Source: Paracoccaceae bacterium
GTDB taxonomy: Bacteria > Pseudomonadota > Alphaproteobacteria > Rhodobacterales > Rhodobacteraceae
DNA length: 64,000 nucleotides
Assembly (NCBI GenBank): GCA_050299335.1
Contig: JBNKVT010000021.1
Coordinates: forward strand, 76,756-140,755
Direction: 5' to 3'
Below are positions 45,004-56,877 of the stretch, in pieces. A model generated the notes under the pieces. That model did not search any database. It was given only the letters and a program-made list of their open reading frames with translations, and was not told where the DNA came from. Made by a program: the position numbers and the translations under genes. Positions within the stretch are counted from its first letter, which is position 1; the number at the start of each line of letters is the position of its first letter.

Positions 45004-45864
45004 TCAGCCCCGTCTTGTCAGACCGGCAATCGCCGCGCCTGCGGTAATCAGTACGGTCGCGACACCCAGTCCGGCATCCGGATCGGCCATCCCGGTCGCG
45101 ACCAGCAGCAGGGTCGACAGCACCGGTGCCGCATAGGCCAGCACCCCCAGAAGCTGGATATTCCCGCCCTTCACCCCGATATCCCACAGGAAGAACGCCA
45201 GTCCCACCGGCCCGAGCCCCAGCGCCGCCACCGATCCCCAGGCGAGAGGCGTTGCGGGCCAGCGCGTCGTCTCCAGCCCCAGATGCGCCGCCCAGGACAG
45301 GATCGCCGCGCCGAGACAGAACAGCGTCACCGCCGAGCTCGGCACCGATCCGAAGCGGCGGCTGAGCACCGAATACCCGGCCCAGAACAGCGCGCTTGCC
45401 ATCGCGGCGGCATAGCCGAGCCAGTTCTCCGCTGCCAGCGTCCCTGCCTTCGGCCCCAGCAGCACCCCGGCCCCGGCAAAGGCGACAAGCGCGCCGAGGA
45501 TATGGGCCGGGCGCAGGCGCTCGCCGGGCAGCAGGCCGGAAAACAGCACGATCAGCAGCGGCCAGAGATAGTTCAGGAGATTGGCCTCCGCCGGCGGGGC
45601 GAGGCTGAGGGCGGTGAAATAGAGAAAGTGAAAGCCGAACAGCCCGCCGACCCCGACCGCGATTGCGGCCGGCGGGATCGCGTGCAGGGACGGCAGGCCG
45701 GGGCCGGTGAGGGCGCGGATCAGGCCGATGCCGGTGGCGATGGTGAAGCACATGGCGTTCAGCTGCAGGGGCGGCACCCCGTCGGCGCCGACCGTGAACA
45801 ATGCCAGCGACGCCCAGAGCAGTACAGCGCCGAACCCGGTCAGGGTTGCCCTTGCCGGGCTCAT
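45004..45864 (-). CDS. DMT-superfamily (EamA-like) transporter
   Basis: About 10 TM segments. Duplicated EamA pattern. Confidence 0.7.
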   Translation of the reverse strand: MSPARATLTGFGAVLLWASLALFTVGADGVPPLQLNAMCFTIATGIGLIRALTGPGLPSLHAIPPAAIAVGVGGLFGFHFLYFTALSLAPPAEANLLNYLWPLLIVLFSGLLPGERLRPAHILGALVAFAGAGVLLGPKAGTLAAENWLGYAAAMASALFWAGYSVLSRRFGSVPSSAVTLFCLGAAILSWAAHLGLETTRWPATPLAWGSVAALGLGPVGLAFFLWDIGVKGGNIQLLGVLAYAAPVLSTLLLVATGMADPDAGLGVATVLITAGAAIAGLTRRG

Positions 45865-46592
45865 GGCTTCCTGGCGGTGCGCCTGAAGAACTCGACGATC
45901 CAGCGAGCCCAGTCGGGATTGTCGAGATCGCCGGAAAGCGAGGCCCTGCCGGTATCGGCGACGGCATCGGGCACGATGCCGCGCAGCCGGTCCTCGATCA
46001 GGTCGGCGACGAAGTCGGGCGAGAATTCGGGATGCGACTGGATCGAGATCGCCAGCGGCGCCTCCGCATCGCCATAGGCAAGGGCGGCATATTCGCAGAA
46101 ATCCGACCCGGCCAGCACCACGCTGTCCGGCGGCTGCACCGTCACCTGATCCTGATGCACCGCATGGCCGCGATAGGTCTTGCCGAGGCCCTGCATCCAG
46201 GACGGCGCGTGTCTGACGATATAGTCATGCACCCCGACCCCCCAGCCCTTGGGCGATTTCTCGGCCCGTCCGCCCATGGCCTCGGCCAGGATCTGGTGGC
46301 CGAAACAGACCCCCGCCACCGGCACCTTCGCCGCCAGACAGGCGCGCAGGAACTCCTTCAGGGGCGCAATCCAGGGCAGGTCGTCATAGACCCCATGGCG
46401 CGAGCCGGTGACCAGCCAGGCGTCGGCGTCATCGGGGCCGGCGGGCATCTCGCCATTGACGACGCTGAAGCTGCGGAAGCTCAAGCCCGGGTCGACGGCG
46501 CCCAGCAGACGCTCGAACATCTGGGGGTAGGTGCCGTGGGTGCCGACGATGGTCTCATGGACTTCGCCGGTTTCGAGAATGCCGATTTTCAT
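45861..46592 (-). CDS. Class I glutamine amidotransferase-like protein
   Basis: GVCFGHQ nucleophile elbow. His/Glu C-terminal region. Confidence 0.7.
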   Translation of the reverse strand: MKIGILETGEVHETIVGTHGTYPQMFERLLGAVDPGLSFRSFSVVNGEMPAGPDDADAWLVTGSRHGVYDDLPWIAPLKEFLRACLAAKVPVAGVCFGHQILAEAMGGRAEKSPKGWGVGVHDYIVRHAPSWMQGLGKTYRGHAVHQDQVTVQPPDSVVLAGSDFCEYAALAYGDAEAPLAISIQSHPEFSPDFVADLIEDRLRGIVPDAVADTGRASLSGDLDNPDWARWIVEFFRRTARKP

Positions 46593-46662
46593 GGGTCCGC
46601 TCCGCCGATCCGGAGCGCGATCCTAGCCCGCGCTCCGGAAAGCTCAACAGCGAAAATCCGGC

Positions 46663-47388
46663 TCAGACGAAGAACTGCCCGCCATTGGCCGACAGGGTCG
46701 AGCCGGTGATGAACCCGGCATCGTCAGAGGCGAGAAAGACCACGCAGCGGGCGATTTCCTCGGGCTCGCCGAGGCGGCCGACGGGGATCTGCGGGATGAT
46801 GCGCTCGTTCAGGACCTTCTCGTCGATGGCGCGGACCATTTCGGTGCCGATATAGCCCGGGCAGATGGCGTTGACGGTGATCCCCGCCCGCGCCCCTTCC
46901 TGGGCCAGCGCCTTGGTGAAGCCCAGATCGCCGGCCTTGGCCGAGGAATAGTTCGCCTGGCCCGCCTGACCCTTCTGGCCGTTGATCGACGAGATATTGA
47001 TGACCCGCCCGAATTTCCGGTCCCGCATGCCGGTCCAGACCGGATGGGTCATGTTGAACAATCCCGAGAGATTGGTGTCGATGACCTCGCGCCATTGCTC
47101 GGGAGTCATGCGGTGGAACATGGCGTCGCGGGTGATCCCGGCATTGTTCACCAGCACCTCGACCGGACCAAGCTCGGCCTCGACCTTGGCGATGCCCGCG
47201 ACACAGGCCTCGTAATCGGCCACGGACCATTTATAGGTCTTGATGCCGGTCTCTTCGGTGAATTTGGTGGCGGCCTCGTCATTTCCGGCATAGTTTGCCG
47301 CAACGGTATAGCCTGCGTCCTTCAGCGCCACCGAAATCGCAGCCCCTATGCCGCGCGTTCCTCCGGTGACCAGTGCAACTCGTCCCAT
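46663..47388 (-). CDS. phaB: Acetoacetyl-CoA reductase (SDR)
   Basis: TGGTRGIG. NAGITRD. YSSAKAG catalytic motif. Located next to phaA. Confidence 0.85.
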   Translation of the reverse strand: MGRVALVTGGTRGIGAAISVALKDAGYTVAANYAGNDEAATKFTEETGIKTYKWSVADYEACVAGIAKVEAELGPVEVLVNNAGITRDAMFHRMTPEQWREVIDTNLSGLFNMTHPVWTGMRDRKFGRVINISSINGQKGQAGQANYSSAKAGDLGFTKALAQEGARAGITVNAICPGYIGTEMVRAIDEKVLNERIIPQIPVGRLGEPEEIARCVVFLASDDAGFITGSTLSANGGQFFV

Positions 47389-47413
47389 GGTTTCCCCCTT
47401 TATCCTTCTGAGC

Positions 47414-47483
47414 CATGGTGCGTGAAATCACGCACCCTACGTTATTGTTTCCATTGCGTGTAGGGTGCGTGATTTCACGCACC
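47414..47483. repeat. REP-like hairpin pair (inverted plus direct copies of GTAGGGTGCGTG-N4-CACGCACC) in the phaA-phaB spacer
   Basis: CATGGTGCGTGAAATCACGCACCCTACG is the exact reverse complement of the unit at 20965-20988. A direct copy follows 17 nt later. Confidence 0.65.
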
Positions 47484-47496
47484 TTTCCTCAAGGTC

Positions 47497-48669
47497 TTAC
47501 CGCTCGACGCACAACGCCACACCCATGCCGCCGCCGATGCACAGCGTCGCCAGGCCCTTTTTCGCCCCGCGCCGTTTCATCTCGAACAAGAGCGTGTTCA
47601 GCACCCGCGCCCCCGAAGCCCCGATCGGGTGGCCGATGGCAATGGCCCCGCCGTTGACGTTCACGATCGCCGGGTCCCAGCCCATGTCCTTGTTGACCGC
47701 ACAGGCCTGTGCCGCAAAGGCCTCGTTGGCCTCGACCAGATCGAGATCGCCAACTGACCAGCCGGCCTTTTCCAGCGCCTTGCGCGACGCATAGATCGGC
47801 CCCACGCCCATGATCGAGGGGTCGAGCCCGGCGGTGGCATAGGAGGCGATCCGCGCCAGAGGTTCGATCCCGCGCTTCGCGGCCTCGTCCTCGCTCATCA
47901 CCAGCACTCCGGCGGCCCCGTCATTCAGCCCCGACGCATTCGCCGCCGTCACCGTTCCGTCCTTCGAAAACGCCGGTCGCAGTTTCTGCATCGCCTCAAT
48001 GGTCGCGCCGTGGCGGATATATTCGTCCTTGTCGACCACGATATCGCCCTTGCGGGTCTTCACCGTGAAGGGGATCACCTCGTCGTCGAAGCGCCCGGCC
48101 TTCTGCGCCGCCTCGGCCTTGTTCTGCGAGGCCACGGCGAATTCATCCTGCATCTCGCGGCTGATCTGCCATTTCCCTGCGACGTTCTCGGCCGTCACCC
48201 CCATATGGTAGTCGTTGAACGCGTCCCAGAGCCCGTCCTTGATCATCGTGTCGGTGAAGCTCATGTCACCCATCTTCTTGCCAGCCCGCAGATGGGCGGC
48301 ATGAGGCGACAGGCTCATGCTTTCCTGACCGCCCGCGACCACGATCCCGGCATCGCCGAGCTGGATATGCTGCGCGGCCAGCGCCACTGCCCTCAGCCCC
48401 GAGCCGCAGACCTGGTTGATCCCCCAGGCCGCTGCCTCGATCGGCAGACCGGCCTTGATATGGGCCTGACGAGCCGGGTTCTGTCCCTGACCGGCGGTCA
48501 GCACCTGGCCGAGGATGGTCTCGGACACGTCTTCGGCGGCCACCCCCGACCGCTCCAGAAGGGCCGAGATCACCGAAGCGCCCAGATCATGGGCCGGCGT
48601 ATCGGCGAAGGCGCCGCTGAAGCTGCCGACGGCGGTGCGCGCAGCCGATGCGATGACGATATTGGTCAT
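47497..48669 (-). CDS. phaA: Acetyl-CoA acetyltransferase (beta-ketothiolase)
   Basis: Thiolase active-site Cys (VNQVCGSGL) and the C-terminal CIGGGMG motif. Confidence 0.9.
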   Translation of the reverse strand: MTNIVIASAARTAVGSFSGAFADTPAHDLGASVISALLERSGVAAEDVSETILGQVLTAGQGQNPARQAHIKAGLPIEAAAWGINQVCGSGLRAVALAAQHIQLGDAGIVVAGGQESMSLSPHAAHLRAGKKMGDMSFTDTMIKDGLWDAFNDYHMGVTAENVAGKWQISREMQDEFAVASQNKAEAAQKAGRFDDEVIPFTVKTRKGDIVVDKDEYIRHGATIEAMQKLRPAFSKDGTVTAANASGLNDGAAGVLVMSEDEAAKRGIEPLARIASYATAGLDPSIMGVGPIYASRKALEKAGWSVGDLDLVEANEAFAAQACAVNKDMGWDPAIVNVNGGAIAIGHPIGASGARVLNTLLFEMKRRGAKKGLATLCIGGGMGVALCVER

Positions 48670-48766
48670 GGTAGTCTCCCCACTTTCCGCGTTCTGCGGA
48701 ACGATTTCAGGTTTTGTTGCAGTGCAGCATTAACTGGTTCCGGATGTATTGCCAAGGCCCATTTTG

Positions 48767-49987
48767 TCACAGCCTAACCGAGTCGATGCCGCGGATAAAC
48801 TCCCCGATCGGGCGCCAGACCGTTTCTTCGGCCTTCGATCCTGCAACCATCGCCACATGGCCCAACGGCACCGACAGATGCGCGGCATCCGTGATCGTCG
48901 CGGCCAGAGGTCCGGCCTCCGCGGGCGGAGCGATTCGGTCGGCGGTGCCGGTGACCACCAGAGACGGGACCGCGATGCGCCCGGGATTGACCCGCTCGCC
49001 CATCAGCCGCCAACGCCCCTCGGCGGGAGAGTCGCGAAGCTGCCAGTCCACCATCACATCGGCGGCCAGCGGCCCGGCCAGCGGCACCCCGTCGGCGAGC
49101 CAGTCCTCAAGGGCGACGAAGACCCGGGCGGCGTCGCTGTCGGGGTCCATCGCGGCGAAGCGGCGGAACTTGCGGGCGGCCTGGATCGGGTTGATGGCGG
49201 CGAAGAGGCCTTGCAGGATTTCGACCGGCACCAGCCCGAACACCTCGACCAGCTGCGCCAGCGCCGTCTCGATCCGCCCGATCCCGTAAGCCCGCGCCGC
49301 CAGACGCATCTGTGCGGCCACCCCGCGCCCGCCGGTAAATCGCCACGGCGCGCCGATGGTCACCAGCCCCGTGATCCCCGGCCCAAGAGCGGCGAGCCCC
49401 GCCGCCAGCGTCCCGCCCATGCAATAACCCATCAGCACCGGCGGCGCCCCGGCATGGACCGAGACGGCGGCAAGTGCAGGCAGCAGGCGGCGGCTGGCAT
49501 AGCTGTCGAGACCGAATGTCCACTCCGCTTCGCCCGGTTCCCCCCAGTCGAGCAGATAGGGCCGCAGACCCGAGGCCGCGAGCGCGCGCAGCATAGACCG
49601 CCCCGGCAGGAGATCGAGGATATAGGCCCGGTTGATCAACGAGGGCAGCACCAGCACCGGCGGGCCGGTCCCCCCATAGGCGAGGAGCCGCGAGGAGCCG
49701 TCGCGCCAGACCACCGGCAGGTCGGGCTCCAGGCGGCGAAAAGGATGCCGCTGCCACGCTTCGATCCCGTCGAGCATCGCGTCGAGCCGGTCCAGCGCCT
49801 CGCCCAATACGGCGCGGGGATCGAGGGGCTTCAGGTCCGGGCAACCGAGATCGTCGTGCAGGGGCACCGCGCCGCTCCCGGCGAGGGGGGCAAGTTGCAG
49901 CGCCTGCGCATAGGCAAGCGCCGCTGTTCCCAGGTGAAAAGGAAGGGGGCTCGGCTGGCCGAGGCGGTGCGAAGCCGGCGCGGTCAT
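48767..49987 (-). CDS. Alpha/beta-hydrolase protein with a G-x-C-x-G box, PHA synthase (class III/IV PhaC)-like
   Basis: GYCMGGT lipase-like box with Cys. 406 aa. Divergent from phaR. Confidence 0.45.
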   Translation of the reverse strand: MTAPASHRLGQPSPLPFHLGTAALAYAQALQLAPLAGSGAVPLHDDLGCPDLKPLDPRAVLGEALDRLDAMLDGIEAWQRHPFRRLEPDLPVVWRDGSSRLLAYGGTGPPVLVLPSLINRAYILDLLPGRSMLRALAASGLRPYLLDWGEPGEAEWTFGLDSYASRRLLPALAAVSVHAGAPPVLMGYCMGGTLAAGLAALGPGITGLVTIGAPWRFTGGRGVAAQMRLAARAYGIGRIETALAQLVEVFGLVPVEILQGLFAAINPIQAARKFRRFAAMDPDSDAARVFVALEDWLADGVPLAGPLAADVMVDWQLRDSPAEGRWRLMGERVNPGRIAVPSLVVTGTADRIAPPAEAGPLAATITDAAHLSVPLGHVAMVAGSKAEETVWRPIGEFIRGIDSVRL

Positions 49988-50275
49988 TTTGGGTCGGGAT
50001 CCGGCCTGGGCGATGGCGGCGGAATGGGACCCTTTGCGGCATAAAGCGCCAGCGAAGTCTCGAACAGGTCAAGATAGCGGGCGGCGGCCTTCCTGGCCTC
50101 CTCCCCTTGATCCGGCCTGTCTTCGGGCGGCTTTGCCAGCGTCCCCTCCGTCCCTTGCAGCCGCCAAGCTAGCACCCTCCGCCGCGCTTGGCGACGTTCG
50201 CTTGCGCAAAAATACGTTGCAGCGCGAAAGCCAGCCGTTACAGTCGGAAGACAACAATCAGCCCAGGGGGATGGT

Positions 50276-50869
50276 GTGGCGAAGTCTGATCCGAAGGATG
50301 GCGCCCCTGTCATCATCAAGAAATACGCCAATCGGCGGCTCTACAACACCGCCAAGTCCAGCTATGTCACGCTCGACCACCTCGCGCAGATGGTCCGCGA
50401 GGATATCGATTTCGTCGTGGTGGACGCCAAGACCGGCGAGGACATCACCCGCTCGGTTCTGGCACAGATCATCTTCGAGGAAGAGGCCAAGGGCCAGACC
50501 ATGCTGCCGCAGAACTTCCTGCGCCAGCTGATCCGGCTCTATGGCGACACGCTGCAGGGCGTGGTACCGAGCTATCTCGAGGCGTCGATGGAGACCTTCT
50601 CGAAGAACCAGGAACAGATGCGTGAGCAGATGAGCCGGGTCTTCGGCACCAATCCGGCAACAGCCGGGTTCGAGGCGCTGGCGCGGCAGAACATGGAAAT
50701 GTTCGAAAACGCCATGCGCATGTTCACCCCGTTCGGTACCGCCCGTCCCGAAGAGCCCCAGGAGGCCGGGCCCGACAGGCCCGAGCCGAAAGGCAGCGAG
50801 ATCGACGACCTGAAATCGCAGATCGACGCGATGCGGGACCAGATTTCCAAGCTGGTGAAGGACCGTTAG
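50276..50869 (+). CDS. phaR: PHA synthesis repressor PhaR
   Basis: IKKYANRRLYNT conserved N-terminal motif. GTG start with an AGGGGGAT RBS. Confidence 0.8.
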   Translation: MAKSDPKDGAPVIIKKYANRRLYNTAKSSYVTLDHLAQMVREDIDFVVVDAKTGEDITRSVLAQIIFEEEAKGQTMLPQNFLRQLIRLYGDTLQGVVPSYLEASMETFSKNQEQMREQMSRVFGTNPATAGFEALARQNMEMFENAMRMFTPFGTARPEEPQEAGPDRPEPKGSEIDDLKSQIDAMRDQISKLVKDR

Positions 50870-50937
50870 GGCGCGCGAGGCGCGGCCCGGAGCCGCCTCT
50901 GCCTGCGCCTCTCATCCAGAGCCTACTCCCTGCTCCC

Positions 50938-51345
50938 CCTCACAAGGGCAGGGCTATCGAATATGAAAGTATTGCGTCTCTTTCGCGTACATGTCGCCCG
51001 CCCTGATCCTGCACCTTCCCGAAACCTGCCCTGCCCTGCCGGGACTTCGAAATGAGGGCCAAGCCCGACCCAGGGAGGGCGCTGTCCGGGCTTCTCTGCG
51101 GGCCACTTTATGGCGCAGTCGCTTCCGAGCGGGCCGCTCCGAGCGAGCGTCAGCAACGCGCCCGCCCCTCGGGTGGGCTTGGCCCGGTGCTGGTCGCACC
51201 GTGCGGGTGTGGAGCGGGGAGGGATGGGGGCGGCGGGATTGTGAGTTTGGGGCGGGATTGGGGGTTGGCTCGAATGGGAAACCGAACCTCAGGCGGGTTT
51301 CCCGTGACAGGTGACCCAAATGCAATTGCCCTGCCTCACAAGGGA
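50938..51345. mobile_element. MITE-like ~410-bp element, copy 2 (inverted relative to copy 1)
   Basis: It is the reverse complement of 33883-34289 with scattered substitutions. The ORF-track peptides MRAKPDPG... and M(S)PALILHLPE... recur on opposite strands in the two copies. Confidence 0.7.
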
Positions 51346-51545
51346 GAGGGGGGGAATCCCGACATCGGCGCAACGCACCTCCCCTCTCCCCCTGGGAGAG
51401 GGGTTGGGGGAGAGGGGGTCCAGTCGGGTCCCACCATAACCCCATGTCAAACCAAAGGTCCCTGTTGCCATTTGCACCATCTTGCGCCTTGATCCCAAGG
51501 GTTTAGAAAGCGTAGTTTAAAGCCCGTGGCGGGTTTCGAGGTAAG

Positions 51546-52328
51546 GTGATTTTGAGACGGTCAGTCAGGCATTTCCGCAGCACCGGTCTCGCGCTTGCCT
51601 GCCTTGCTGCAAGTGCCGGAGCAGCTGTCGCCCAATCCGACTCGCCGAATACCAGACTGGAGATCGAGCGCGGTGACAGCGCACGGGCCTATGCCGAGCG
51701 GTTGCGCTTCTCGCGCATCCAGAAGGACATCTTCTATATCGACGAGCTGAACCAGCCGATCCCGATGAACGGCCTGCCGCGATTCGAGCGCCGTCCCGAG
51801 CCCGAGGTGGAAGACGTCCCCGATCTGCGTCCGATAACGGATGGCGAACGCTGGGGCACCATCGCGCTCTTCGCCGCCCTTGCCTTCATCGTCGCCTTCG
51901 TCGCCTACCGCTTTGGCGGCGGCTTTGGCGGCAGCTTCCGCAAGGGCCCCGACACCGGTAGCCGCGAGACCCGCCAGAACGGCCGCACCCGCCCGGTCTA
52001 CAGGCCCGAGACCCCGACCGAGATTCTGCTGAACCAGCTCCGCGCCATGGAGGATCGCCGCGAGGCGCTGGTGACCCTTATCGAACATCTGCTTCCTGCT
52101 GCGGCGCACCAGAACGACATCCGCCTCGGCCGCTCCGAGACCGCCCGCGAGATCATCCGCCGCCTGCCGGTGAAATGGACCATGCTGCCGGAACTGAAGC
52201 GCATCGTGATGACGGAGGAACTGGTGCAGTTCGGCGGCCGCGACCTGCCCGAGCGCACCTTCGAGGACTGCCTCCGCCGCGCCGTTCCCATCCTCGACGG
52301 GGCCTCCAGACCGAGGATGGCGGCATGA
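51546..52328 (+). CDS. Signal-anchored protein, tentatively DUF4129-like
   Basis: N-terminal signal peptide. Mid-protein TM (WGTIALFAALAFIVAFVAY). First gene of the MoxR operon. Confidence 0.45.
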   Translation: MILRRSVRHFRSTGLALACLAASAGAAVAQSDSPNTRLEIERGDSARAYAERLRFSRIQKDIFYIDELNQPIPMNGLPRFERRPEPEVEDVPDLRPITDGERWGTIALFAALAFIVAFVAYRFGGGFGGSFRKGPDTGSRETRQNGRTRPVYRPETPTEILLNQLRAMEDRREALVTLIEHLLPAAAHQNDIRLGRSETAREIIRRLPVKWTMLPELKRIVMTEELVQFGGRDLPERTFEDCLRRAVPILDGASRPRMAA

Positions 52329-53603
52329 GCGCGAGTTCCGACAGTTCCGCGCCGCGCGGCGATTATTCCTGGGTGGTGATCCTGGCCCTGGTCGCCTTCG
52401 GCGCCATCTGGCTTCTGACCCGCAATCCCGAAATGCCGCTCGGCCGTTCGGCGCTGGGCCATGACGGGCTGATCGCCTGGGCCAGGGGCGAGCAGTTGGA
52501 GGTCCGCGGCACGCTGGTGCGCGAGATGCAGCCCGAGGCGATGGGGCTGCGGCTGCTGCCGGTTTATGACACCGATCTCGAGGACAGCTTCCGCCGCCCC
52601 GACACCCAGGCCGAATATCTCAAGACCGGCACGGAATTCGACATTACCGCGGACGTGATCCGCGAGAAGGCCGGGCTGCTGGAGACCGTCGTCATCGCTC
52701 CGAAATGGACCCGCGCCATGCGCCATTCGGGCTATGCCCATGCGAGCCTGCTGCTGGACCCCGAGGATGTCGAGCGCCCCCTCACCCAGATCGGCACCCT
52801 GCCGACCCGGATCGTCCGGCCCGAGGCGAAGTCTCTGACCATCGCGGCGGAGACCTTTCTAGAAGGCGGCACGGCCACGCTCTACGCGCCGCAATTGTTC
52901 CACCCCGACCTGCCCGGGGACTGCCGTTCGCTCATCGGCGACAGCAATGGCCATCTGCTGGTCGAATGCGGTGACAAGAAAACGCGGATGCTTGGGCTTT
53001 CCGATCCCGATCTTCTGAACAATCACGGCCTAAATCTCGGCGACAATGCCGCGCTGACGCGGGCCCTGATCGCCACCCTCGACAGCGGTCTGCCGACCAT
53101 TGTCGACACCTCGACCCGCGTCATCCTCAGCCCGGCGCCCCCGGTCCTGCACAAACGCGAATGGTCAGACCTCTTGCGCTTCTTCGCCTATCCCTTCTCG
53201 CTGATCTGGCTCGGAGTCGGGGTCCTCACCCTCCTCGCCATCTGGCGCTCCGGCATCCGCTTCGGCCCGCCCCGCAAGGTCTTCGAAGACGCCATCGGCG
53301 CCTCCAAGGCCGTTTCCATCGCCGCCAAGGGCCGGCTTTTGCGCTTGTCCGGCAACGACCGCGAGCTTGTGGAGAAACAGACCGAGAACATGATCCAGGA
53401 CCTTGCCGCCGATCTGCTGGGTCCGCACCGCCGCGCCGATTCGCTGCGCCAGCTTGTGGCGCTGGTGGCACGGCGCAATTCCGACCTGGCGTCGGAATTG
53501 TCAGCGGCCCATGCCCGCGCTATGACGGTGCGTCATGATGCGTCTGTCGGCCATATGCTTGATCTGCTGAGCGATTTCGAAGCCAAGCTTGAAAAGGTAA
53601 GAT

Positions 53604-54559
<956 letters not shown>

Positions 54560-54560
<1 letters not shown>

Positions 54561-55867
54561 TGCGCCCTTCGCGGCGCTTTCTCGCCCTGGCCCTCGTGGC
54601 CCTCGCCTTCAGCGTCCTCGCCGTGGCCTGGAGCGCCATTCCGGTCGAAGCGGCCACCGGCATCTGGGGGGTGCTGGCGGTGCTGATGGTGATCGACTTT
54701 CTGCTCAGCCCCGGACGCAGCGCCATCCAGCTGGCGGTGGACGGGCCGGACGAAATCTTCACCGGCGAAAAGGCCCGGTTCGCGCTGGATATCTCTACCA
54801 ATGGCACCGCGTTGCCGCGCAGCATCGACGGGCGGTTCGATCTGACCGAAGGCCTTGGCGGGTCCGGCGCTTTCCGGCTGCGGGCGCTGGGCGACAGCGC
54901 CACCGGCTGGATCGAGGTCGATGGCGTGAGGCGCGGCACCTTCCCTGTCCGCGCCCTGTGGCTAAGATGGCGCTCGCGGTTCGGCCTGCTGGAGTTTACC
55001 CCGAAATACCTGATCGAGCGGGTGCTGAAAGTCGTGCCCAATATCCGCCCCATCGCTTCGGGCGAGATCAACGTCACCGTCCAGTCGGATCTTTACGGGG
55101 CCAAGGAAAACCAGGCGCATGGCGAGGGGTCCGAGTTCCACCAGCTGCGCGAGTTTACCACCGGCATGGACACGCGGGCCATCGACTGGAAACGCTCGGC
55201 CCGCATGCGCACCCTGGTCGCCAAGGAGACCCGCGCCGAGCGCAACCACCAGATCATCATCTGCCTCGACAATGGCTACCTGATGCGCGAGGAAATCGAC
55301 GGGTTGCCCAAGATCGACCACGCGGTCAACTCGGCGCTGGCACTGGCCTGGGCCGCAGGCCTCGGCGGCGACCTCGTGGGCTTGTACAATTTCGACGCCC
55401 AGCCGCGGCTGTTCCTGCCGCCCGCCCCGCCCCGCACCGCCTTCCCGCGCCTCCGCAGCCATATGGCGGCGCTCGAATACAAGACCGTCGAAAGCAACCA
55501 CACGCTGGCGATGGCGCATCTCAACGGCCAACTCCGCCGCCGCAGCCTCCTCGTCATCTTCTCCGACTTTGTCGACACCGTCACCGCCGAGCTGCTGGTC
55601 GAGAACATCGCCGTCCTCAACCGCCACCATGTCATCATCTTCGTCGCGCTGAAAAACCCCATGCTCGAAGCCAAGGCCCGCGGCAACGCCGACAGCATGA
55701 CCGGCGTCGCCGAGGCCGTCGCCGCCAGCCAACTGGTCCGCGAACGCCGCATCGTCCTCGACAACCTCGCCCGCCTCGGCGTCGTCTGCCTCGACACCGA
55801 ACCGGGCAAACTGACCCCCCGCCTGGTCTCCGCCTATCTCGAAATCAAGGCGAAAGAGCGGATATGA
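54560..55867 (+). CDS. DUF58 (VWA-like) protein, MoxR partner
   Basis: Two N-terminal TM helices. DUF58 core (EFHQLREFTTGMDTRAIDWKRSAR). Its start overlaps the MoxR stop. Confidence 0.8.
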
Positions 55868-56877
55868 GCACCACCGACACCCTCATCCGCTCGGCAAGGT
55901 TCCGGAAAGAACGCGAACCCGGCTGGCTGCGGCTGGAGACCCTCGTCACCACAGTCGAAAAACGCGGCGTCCACGCGCTCAGCTTCGGCGACGCACAAGA
56001 CATGGCCGCCCTCTACCGCCAGGCGATGACCTCGCTGTCGCTGGCCCGCGAAATCTCCCTCGACAAGGGGCTTCTGGCCTATCTCGAAGCGCTTTGCGCC
56101 CGCGCCTATCTCGCCGTCTATGCGCCCCAGGAAACCCTGCGCGGCCTCGTCTCGCGCCTGTTCCTGCGCGGTTTTCCGCAGGCGGTCCGCCGCACCATCC
56201 TGCCGCTGATCGTGGCGCTGCTCACGATGGCGCTGGGCGGGCTTGTCGGCTATCTGCTCTTTCTCGACGATCCGACCTGGTACAACACAATGATCCCCGA
56301 GGGCCTCGCCGGCGGACGGGGCCTGTCGAGTTCGCGCGAAGAATTGCTGGAAAGCATCTACAATACCGAGCCGACCACCGGCGGGGCGCTGGCGGCCTTT
56401 GCCAGTTTCCTGTTCTCGCACAATACAAGGATCGCCATCTTCGTCTTCTCGCTCGGAGTGCTGATCTGCATCCCCAGCTTCATCCTGACCTTCTATAACG
56501 GCATGATCCTTGGCGCGTTCGTCGGCCTGCATGTCGACCGCGGCATCGGCTACGACATCTTCGCCTGGCTGTCGATCCACGGCGTCACCGAGCTCGGGGC
56601 GATCATCGTCGCTTGTGCCGGTGGCTTCCACCTTGGGCTTGCCGTCCTCTTCCCCGGCCAGATGACCCGCCGCGATGCCTTGCGCGCCGCCGGGCCTGAC
56701 GCGGTGAAACTGGCGCTGCTCGCGTCCTTCATGCTGGTCGTCGCCGCCATCCTCGAAGGCTTCTTCCGCCAGCTGGTCCAGGCCCCCGAAATCCGCCTCG
56801 CCATCGGCTGGGGCATGGGCGCCTTCTGGCTGTTATACTGGAGCCTGGCCGGACGCGGCCCGGAGCCTGAACGATGA
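55864..56877 (+). CDS. SpoIIM-like (DUF95) integral membrane protein
   Basis: The start was reset to MSTTDTL, overlapping the DUF58 stop. Polytopic C-terminal half. Confidence 0.6.
   Translation: MSTTDTLIRSARFRKEREPGWLRLETLVTTVEKRGVHALSFGDAQDMAALYRQAMTSLSLAREISLDKGLLAYLEALCARAYLAVYAPQETLRGLVSRLFLRGFPQAVRRTILPLIVALLTMALGGLVGYLLFLDDPTWYNTMIPEGLAGGRGLSSSREELLESIYNTEPTTGGALAAFASFLFSHNTRIAIFVFSLGVLICIPSFILTFYNGMILGAFVGLHVDRGIGYDIFAWLSIHGVTELGAIIVACAGGFHLGLAVLFPGQMTRRDALRAAGPDAVKLALLASFMLVVAAILEGFFRQLVQAPEIRLAIGWGMGAFWLLYWSLAGRGPEPER

Noticed and set aside
54958-56877. 639-aa ORF fusing the DUF58 C-terminus to the SpoIIM-like gene
   Set aside because: The first ~300 aa are an out-of-frame, Arg/Pro-rich read-through of DUF58. 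The real gene starts at the ATG at 55864, overlapping the DUF58 stop.
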